DNA of 64,000 nucleotides from Calditrichia bacterium (GTDB lineage Bacteria; Calditrichota; Calditrichia; RBG-13-44-9; J075): NCBI GenBank assembly GCA_965227145.1, contig OZ245730.1, positions 2,243,661 to 2,307,660 of the forward strand, read 5' to 3'. Shown piece by piece: positions 58,403 to 64,000 of this stretch (position 1 is its first letter; each line of letters starts with the position of its first letter). The notes under the pieces were generated by a model. It saw only the letters and a program-made list of their open reading frames with translations, ran no database searches and was not told where the DNA came from. The position numbers and the translations under genes were made by a program.

Positions 58403-58441
58403 AATGCAGGTAGCAATTATTGATGCCTGCATTTCTATTTA
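58403..58441 (+). terminator. Terminator-like hairpin after the bacilliredoxin gene.
   Basis: AATGCAGG-(14 nt)-CCTGCATT followed by TCTATTTAT. Confidence 0.45.
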
Positions 58442-58477
58442 TATCCAAATTCACTGTGAAATTGACGAGAAATACGA

Positions 58478-58795
58478 ATGGCTAAATGGGTAAACGTTGC
58501 AAAACTGAGTGATTTCGAAAACAAACATGTCGTTGTGGTTGATTACGATGACGTGCTGATTGCCATTTTCAAACTGGCAAATGGATTTTACGCGATTGAA
58601 GATACCTGCTCCCACGCCGAAGCTTCGCTGGCTGAAGGAAAAATTGTGGATGGCTGCGAAATTGAATGCCCGTTGCACGGCGCACGATTCGATATCCGGA
58701 CCGGCGAACATTTGAGCTTTCCGGCAGTGACGCCGGTTGAACCGTATCCCGTAAAAGTTGAGGGCACCGACATTTTGATAGAAGTCAATTGGTAA
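58478..58795 (+). CDS. Rieske [2Fe-2S] ferredoxin-like protein.
   Basis: CSH...(x)...CPLHG: the two Rieske boxes CSHAEA and CPLHGARF. Size 105 aa. Confidence 0.8.
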   Translation: MAKWVNVAKLSDFENKHVVVVDYDDVLIAIFKLANGFYAIEDTCSHAEASLAEGKIVDGCEIECPLHGARFDIRTGEHLSFPAVTPVEPYPVKVEGTDILIEVNW

Positions 58796-58850
58796 TTTCC
58801 CGACGGAATCCCGGTTGATTATCTGAGCGATTTTCCGTAATTTTTTCGAA

Positions 58851-59999
58851 TTGACGACACTATATCCACAGTGGGAAACTATGATTTATTGGCTCAAATC
58901 TGCAGCGGGACCGGTTGTAAATCGTGGGAAAGCGGCGTATCGCCGGTTTGAAAAATATGCACCGATTGTCTCATTTATCGCCGGATTCGGTTGGGATAAC
59001 TTCACACTTGGCAGAATCGACAGGGTTTTGGACAACTCTATCCTGTTGTTTTATGTGGTTTTAGCCGGTGTGCTGATTGTGATTCAAAATTTGGTAAACC
59101 ACGGCGTTCTCAGCAAACCGTTTTGGCTTCGCTATCGCGAATGGTATCCGGTGATTGTCCAATTTTTGTTCGGCGGGCTGTTTAGCGCATACGTTGTTTT
59201 TTATTCGCAAAGCGCGGCGTTCACCAAAACCGATTTGTTTTTGGCAATACTTATTTTTCTGCTGCTCATCAACGAATTTCTGCGGGAACGGCTGGACAAT
59301 CTGTATTTGCAGATGTCACTGTATTTTTTGGTTGTGTTTGCATTTCTCACTTTTTTCCTTCCGGTTGTGATAAAAACAATCAATGTGTGGGTGTTTTTAC
59401 TCGGTGGATTTCTCAGTTTGAGCATCGTTTTAGGCATCATTTTTGGGCTGCATCATTTTTCAGCCATCAAAAGTCGCGAGCAATTTCAACGGGTCAATTC
59501 TCTGATCTTGGGATTGTTCGTCATTTTTAACGCATTTTATTTTTTGAACTGGATTCCGCCGGTGCCGCTGTCGCTAAAATATGGCAGCATTTGCCACAGC
59601 GTTGAACGGTTGGATGGCAAGTATCAGATCACGTTTGAGCAACCGGACTGGTATCAATTTTGGGCGCGTTTCAATCCGGAATTTCATTATGTTGAAGGCG
59701 ATACGGTGTTCTGTTTTGCCTCCGTTTTTGCACCGACAGAATTGGGCACTTCAATTTTTCATCACTGGCAAAAATGGGATGGAAAAAACAGCAGTTGGCA
59801 TACAACAGACCGAATGCGGTATCAAATTACCGGCGGACGCGAAAGCGGGTATCGCGGCTACACATTCAAAAAAAATATTGCGCCGGGAGAGTGGCGGGTG
59901 GATGTCGAAACGGAGTCGGGAAAAACGCTCAGCAGGATGAAATTCGAGGCGATTCCGGTGGATTCTATCCGTGTTGATTTGGTGCAAATCGCTCGTTAA
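58851..59999 (+). CDS. Hypothetical polytopic membrane protein with a C-terminal soluble beta-rich domain.
   Basis: About 8 TM helices followed by a ~110 aa C-terminal region (YRGYTFKKNIAPGEWRVDVETESGKTL). Start uncertain. Confidence 0.4.
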   Translation: MTTLYPQWETMIYWLKSAAGPVVNRGKAAYRRFEKYAPIVSFIAGFGWDNFTLGRIDRVLDNSILLFYVVLAGVLIVIQNLVNHGVLSKPFWLRYREWYPVIVQFLFGGLFSAYVVFYSQSAAFTKTDLFLAILIFLLLINEFLRERLDNLYLQMSLYFLVVFAFLTFFLPVVIKTINVWVFLLGGFLSLSIVLGIIFGLHHFSAIKSREQFQRVNSLILGLFVIFNAFYFLNWIPPVPLSLKYGSICHSVERLDGKYQITFEQPDWYQFWARFNPEFHYVEGDTVFCFASVFAPTELGTSIFHHWQKWDGKNSSWHTTDRMRYQITGGRESGYRGYTFKKNIAPGEWRVDVETESGKTLSRMKFEAIPVDSIRVDLVQIAR

Positions 60000-61078
60000 T
60001 TTTCCACAGGATTTTTGAAAAACAAATCCAGCAGATACCCTTTCCGGCGAAGCTGGCTGTCATTTTCCTGCAAAAACAGCAAAATGGATTCGATGGAAAT
60101 GCCAAATGAAATGCCGTAATTGATTTTTTTTCGCATGGCAGCATAAATGCTGCCGGTGTATGGAACGTTGATTGGAAAATCCCCTTTTTCCGGGAATTCG
60201 CTGGGAACCAGCACCACTTCATTTTCCGCCGAAACCGCGTTTACGATGCCCACCAGTTCAAAATTTGGATAACCATCGCGAATCGCAAGTGCAATGCCGC
60301 CGCTAAAGCCGCGGTTAAACAAAGCGTCCAGCAAAAAATCGTGTTTGAAATTGCGGTTCGGACTGCTGACGATGCCGGTTGTCAGCATTTTTTTACCAGA
60401 TGGGTAGCCGATCAAATACAGCAAACTGCCCCATTCCAATTCTTCCGATCGCCCCAACCGATAGTCAAATACCGGAATATCTTCAGATACGAAAAGTAAC
60501 TTTTTCCCAATAATCGCAATATCATTTTCATGATCGATTGCCAAAATTTCAAAATCTTCACCCTGCCGCAGATTTGCAAGAAAATTTTTCTGCTGTTTTT
60601 TAAAAGAAACGCGATGAATTATCGGCGATTCTTCACCTTTTTCGTTCGCGAAAAACGTATAAATCGTATCCGCAAAATCAACCACATGTGCGCAGGTTAA
60701 CGCGGCAACCCTGTTCCGGTAATGATAGACAACCGTGGCAGTGCCAACGGCGTAATCGTTGAAAACAGTTCGTTCATATTTGCCGCTTTCAATCAAGTCC
60801 GAATTAATATCACCTTTTTGAATCTGGTCTTCGATCGGGAATTGAAAGCTTTCGTAATACGCGGTTGCGTTGACCAGCTTCACCGTTTCCAGCATGTCGT
60901 TTAGCGCATCGGAATTTTCACCGAAGGGAAATGCCAAATCGTACCTGCCATCGCTGATCACCCCGGATGGCGTTTGAATAACCTGGCGCATACAGCCGGA
61001 GAACAAAAAAAATATTGCAAAAAGGCAACCGATTTGCCGTCCGAATGTTGCAAAAGATGGATGTATCAATGTTGCCAT
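59996..61078 (-). CDS. Trypsin-like (S1 family) serine peptidase lipoprotein.
   Basis: A lipoprotein signal FLFSGC, with the His motif TCAHVV, an Asp context and the Ser motif NRGFSGGIA. Confidence 0.65.
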   Translation of the reverse strand: MATLIHPSFATFGRQIGCLFAIFFLFSGCMRQVIQTPSGVISDGRYDLAFPFGENSDALNDMLETVKLVNATAYYESFQFPIEDQIQKGDINSDLIESGKYERTVFNDYAVGTATVVYHYRNRVAALTCAHVVDFADTIYTFFANEKGEESPIIHRVSFKKQQKNFLANLRQGEDFEILAIDHENDIAIIGKKLLFVSEDIPVFDYRLGRSEELEWGSLLYLIGYPSGKKMLTTGIVSSPNRNFKHDFLLDALFNRGFSGGIALAIRDGYPNFELVGIVNAVSAENEVVLVPSEFPEKGDFPINVPYTGSIYAAMRKKINYGISFGISIESILLFLQENDSQLRRKGYLLDLFFKNPVEN

Positions 61079-63405
61079 TTTTCACTCTTTGTTTCGCATA
61101 AAACAGATTCTAAGTGATTGAAAATAATATCCTTAGGTTTTTCAGAAAACGGACCGATTTCAAAAGCTGTTTCGCCATCAATTAACTGACGGTGAACCTC
61201 GATCCGGTCGTTTTCAAACCTCACGCCGATCAACACCGGCATTTTGAAATCCTGTGGCACGTTTTCCTGGCTAACCCGGCAACTCGCGCTATATTCGCCG
61301 CCCGGTAATTGGGCGATATTGTGGCTGAAAATGTAAGTTGGAATATCTGTTCCGAACACCCATTGGTTAAAAAACCAATCCCATTTTTCACCGGTAAACA
61401 ATTCCAGAAATGACATAAAATGCGCTGTTGAAACCTGGCTGCCCGCATATTTACGGTAAAATTCGCCCAATAGTTGCCAGAAGCGGCTGTCGTCCAGCGT
61501 TCCGGTATCGGTCAGCATCGAGCGGATCATGTGCAGCACCCACGCACCTTTTTGGTAAATAATCAGCCGGTAATCGCCCTGCGTATCGCTGCTGAGTGTC
61601 CGGTATCCAAGCCAGATTGGCCCGGCTTTTTGACCATCGCCCAAAATAAATTTTCGGTTTCCGGTGATCTCTTTTCGCCGGGTTTCGAGCAAATCGTAAA
61701 ATTTGTCGTCGTTATCTTCCTCTTTTTTAACGAGATCATGCAGATACAGCCAGCCGCAATATTCCGAAAATGCCTCGCTGATCCATTGATCGTGATACGT
61801 CGCAAAATCGACGCCGATGCCCCACCATTGATGCGCAACCTCGTGCGCGCGGAAAACCTCGTCGTCGCCGCTGTTGCGGGTCATTTGGAAGGTTTGCCAC
61901 GACAGGTGAATCAATCCCGGAAACGCCTCGCCGTGACTGAAGGGAATGTCCGTTGCAAAAAAATGATTGAGGGGTAGGGGAGCCAGCATTTCCTGAAAAA
62001 GCGTCATGCTGCGGCGAACATCCTTTCCGACCTGAACTTCCATATTCCTGCCGCTACCGATGCCCTGCGCTGCCAGCGAATGGGCGATTTCCCGGTGCCC
62101 GGTTTCTGCCATTTGAATGGTAACCGGTGGAATGGTGTCATTTACGATTTTGTAATCTGTAAAAAATCCGATATTAAATGACATGTTGTGCATCGGTTCC
62201 GGCGATTTCCAACGGCTGATAATCATTTTATCGAGCGTATCCGCAGATACAAATTCGCCGGAACCGGCGAACTGGAAATTGTCCGGATAGCGATAGGTCA
62301 CTCGGAAATCCGCTTTTTTGCGGGTGCCATGTTTGGGATACCAATTTCGCGATGACCGGATATAAAACCAGTCTCTGGCGCGCTCAATCAAATCACCGTG
62401 ATAGTGAAAAGTGATTTCCCGCATTTCACCAATTCCGGTAGTCCGGTCGCATTTTATCCATAAATAGGGATTTTCCTTTTCTTTCACAAATTCAACCGGC
62501 TCGCCATTTTCCCAAAAAGCGGAATCAATTTCCAGTTCGGAAAACAGGTTCAGCTCCAGCCAGTTTTGCGATTTCAACAATAATTCGAGTGAAATTGTTG
62601 CCGTTGCAGAAAATTTGAGCTGACTGCCTTTTAGCGTCACATCCAAATCGTATTCGGAAATATGCAACCGGCTTTTATCTTCCTCGCGCTGATCCGCCCC
62701 GGAAAGATAGTCCGAATGCTGATGAAACTGGTTGATCACTTCCGCAATATATAAATACGATGGCCCGTTCAGCCGGCGCATAAATCGCACTTCTTCTTCC
62801 TGAAACGGGTTGATTTCGAAAAATAACGGGTCGGTTTTGCGATCGCTGAAATGGGCATAAAAAAAGCCGTTAGTTTCGCTTTCGAGAACCGTTTTCATGA
62901 TGGCGCTATCAAACTGTTTTCCGGTTTTCCGGTAAAGATATTTGATGGCGTATTCAACGTCATCGCGAAAATCGCGCCGTGGACTTTTTTCGCTAAAGGT
63001 AAGTTTTTTCTGAAGTTCGGGTAACGTTGAATCCGCAAAAACGATGAACAGTGATTTGAATTCTTCGCTTAATGACGGTTTTTCATAAAACCGTTCGAGC
63101 TGTTCGGCTTCGACATTCGTTGGCGGTGTGAACGAAAAAACGCCCTCGCCCCGGAAAATTGCCGAATAAACCTTGCCGTTAATCGGTTTGCACAAATATA
63201 AAACACCTTTGTTGAGCGTAAATTTACCAACATCGCGAATCAGTTGGAGATTGGTCACTTCCGCCATTTGTCCGGCGTCTGGTTCCAGGTCCATAAATGC
63301 GTCGTAAATCTGCCAATATTCCAGCTTTTCGGCGTCTTTTTGGGCACTCATTTGTGAGCCGGTCAGCCACAAAGTGCAACATATTACAGTGATTATTCGA
63401 GCCAT
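61066..63405 (-). CDS. M1-family aminopeptidase (gluzincin), secreted.
   Basis: A signal peptide, HEVAHQWWG plus a downstream WISEAFSEY (HExxH-x18-E). Size 779 aa. Confidence 0.8.
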   Translation of the reverse strand: MARIITVICCTLWLTGSQMSAQKDAEKLEYWQIYDAFMDLEPDAGQMAEVTNLQLIRDVGKFTLNKGVLYLCKPINGKVYSAIFRGEGVFSFTPPTNVEAEQLERFYEKPSLSEEFKSLFIVFADSTLPELQKKLTFSEKSPRRDFRDDVEYAIKYLYRKTGKQFDSAIMKTVLESETNGFFYAHFSDRKTDPLFFEINPFQEEEVRFMRRLNGPSYLYIAEVINQFHQHSDYLSGADQREEDKSRLHISEYDLDVTLKGSQLKFSATATISLELLLKSQNWLELNLFSELEIDSAFWENGEPVEFVKEKENPYLWIKCDRTTGIGEMREITFHYHGDLIERARDWFYIRSSRNWYPKHGTRKKADFRVTYRYPDNFQFAGSGEFVSADTLDKMIISRWKSPEPMHNMSFNIGFFTDYKIVNDTIPPVTIQMAETGHREIAHSLAAQGIGSGRNMEVQVGKDVRRSMTLFQEMLAPLPLNHFFATDIPFSHGEAFPGLIHLSWQTFQMTRNSGDDEVFRAHEVAHQWWGIGVDFATYHDQWISEAFSEYCGWLYLHDLVKKEEDNDDKFYDLLETRRKEITGNRKFILGDGQKAGPIWLGYRTLSSDTQGDYRLIIYQKGAWVLHMIRSMLTDTGTLDDSRFWQLLGEFYRKYAGSQVSTAHFMSFLELFTGEKWDWFFNQWVFGTDIPTYIFSHNIAQLPGGEYSASCRVSQENVPQDFKMPVLIGVRFENDRIEVHRQLIDGETAFEIGPFSEKPKDIIFNHLESVLCETKSEKWQH

Positions 63406-63461
63406 AGATTTGATTTACGCAATTTTTAGGTTGAAATTCAATGCCATAAATGAGGTATTTT

Positions 63462-64000
63462 TCAGCCATTCGGAAAAATTAACGTTACCGTTGTGCCTTT
63501 TCCGGTTTGGCTGATAACGGAAATTGTGCCGTTCATCTGAGCCGCCAACTGTTTTGTGATTGCCATTCCCAAACCGCTACCGGTTGCGCGGGTGCTGTAA
63601 AATGGTTCAAACATCCGCTCCAGCGTTTCGGCGGACATGCCGCAACCGTTGTCCGTTACCCGGATGGAAACGCTGTTTGAACCGCCATTTTTTGTGGCAA
63701 TATCGACGACAATTTTACCGCCATCCGCAGCTGCTGCGACCGATTGCCGGGCGTTTTCGATAATATTTATCATTACCTGTTTGAACGCATCCTCGTTCAA
63801 TTTTAGCTGCGGGACGTTTTCCGGGAAGTTGAAAACGAGCCGTTCATCCTGAAATTGCCGTTTTAGCGATTGCAACAGTTCCGCGGGATTTTGGCTCGAC
63901 AATGCCAGTTCTCGCTGCTTTGCGAATTGCAAAAAATCGCTGACCAGCCGGTTCAGCCGGTTAATTTCGTCGGGAATAAAATCGAACATTTCGTCATCGT
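63462..64000 (-). CDS. Sensor histidine kinase, C-terminal part only (the gene continues beyond the window end).
   Basis: An HATPase_c fold with an N box (NIIENARQS), G1 (DNGCGM) and G2 (GSGLGMAI). The frame stays open to position 64000. Confidence 0.7.
   Translation of the reverse strand, partial: DDEMFDFIPDEINRLNRLVSDFLQFAKQRELALSSQNPAELLQSLKRQFQDERLVFNFPENVPQLKLNEDAFKQVMINIIENARQSVAAAADGGKIVVDIATKNGGSNSVSIRVTDNGCGMSAETLERMFEPFYSTRATGSGLGMAITKQLAAQMNGTISVISQTGKGTTVTLIFPNG

Noticed and set aside
1-64000. CRISPR arrays, rRNA/tRNA genes, IS elements or prophage genes.
   Set aside because: No short direct-repeat arrays, no tRNA-like cloverleaf candidates in the ORF-free regions inspected, and no transposase, integrase or phage structural motifs among the translated ORFs.

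Overview
This 64 kb window is a protein-dense bacterial chromosome segment, about 48-50% GC, with classical Shine-Dalgarno sites and frequent GTG/TTG starts. No rRNA, tRNA, CRISPR array or IS/transposase signature was found. Several genes point to a T9SS-bearing Fibrobacteres-Chlorobi-Bacteroidetes-group-like lineage: a PorV-like barrel and two proteins carrying T9SS C-terminal sorting domains. A bshB1-like deacetylase and a bacilliredoxin suggest bacillithiol redox chemistry. Recognisable housekeeping blocks are: argF; hslVU immediately downstream of rpoN (sigma-54); mdh; a vapBC toxin-antitoxin pair; ornithine aminotransferase; a serA-like dehydrogenase; pdxST; a complete Na+-NQR operon nqrABCDEF-apbE-nqrM; and an Rrf2-fdx-sufBCDSUT-brx-Rieske Fe-S assembly operon. 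A mevalonate-pathway island contains an in-frame class II HMG-CoA reductase-mevalonate kinase fusion, a phosphomevalonate kinase and a type 1 IPP isomerase. The most unusual region is a tightly spaced five-gene outer-membrane operon at about 29.4-38.7 kb. It encodes a PorV-like beta-barrel, an M6-like protein whose zinc-binding motif looks degenerate (carrying FG-GAP repeats and a T9SS C-terminal sorting domain), a single polypeptide combining an HExxH zincin domain, a TolB-like propeller and an Omp85-type barrel, and two paralogous secreted proteins sharing LPGAG and SAID motifs. I could not map this operon to a described system. Other oddities are a giant C25 (gingipain/PorU-like) peptidase with a T9SS C-terminal sorting domain, a heparinase II/III-like protein fused to a C-terminal beta-barrel, and several intra-operon hairpins. 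All calls rest on motif recognition from the translated ORFs and the sequence shown. No database searches were run.
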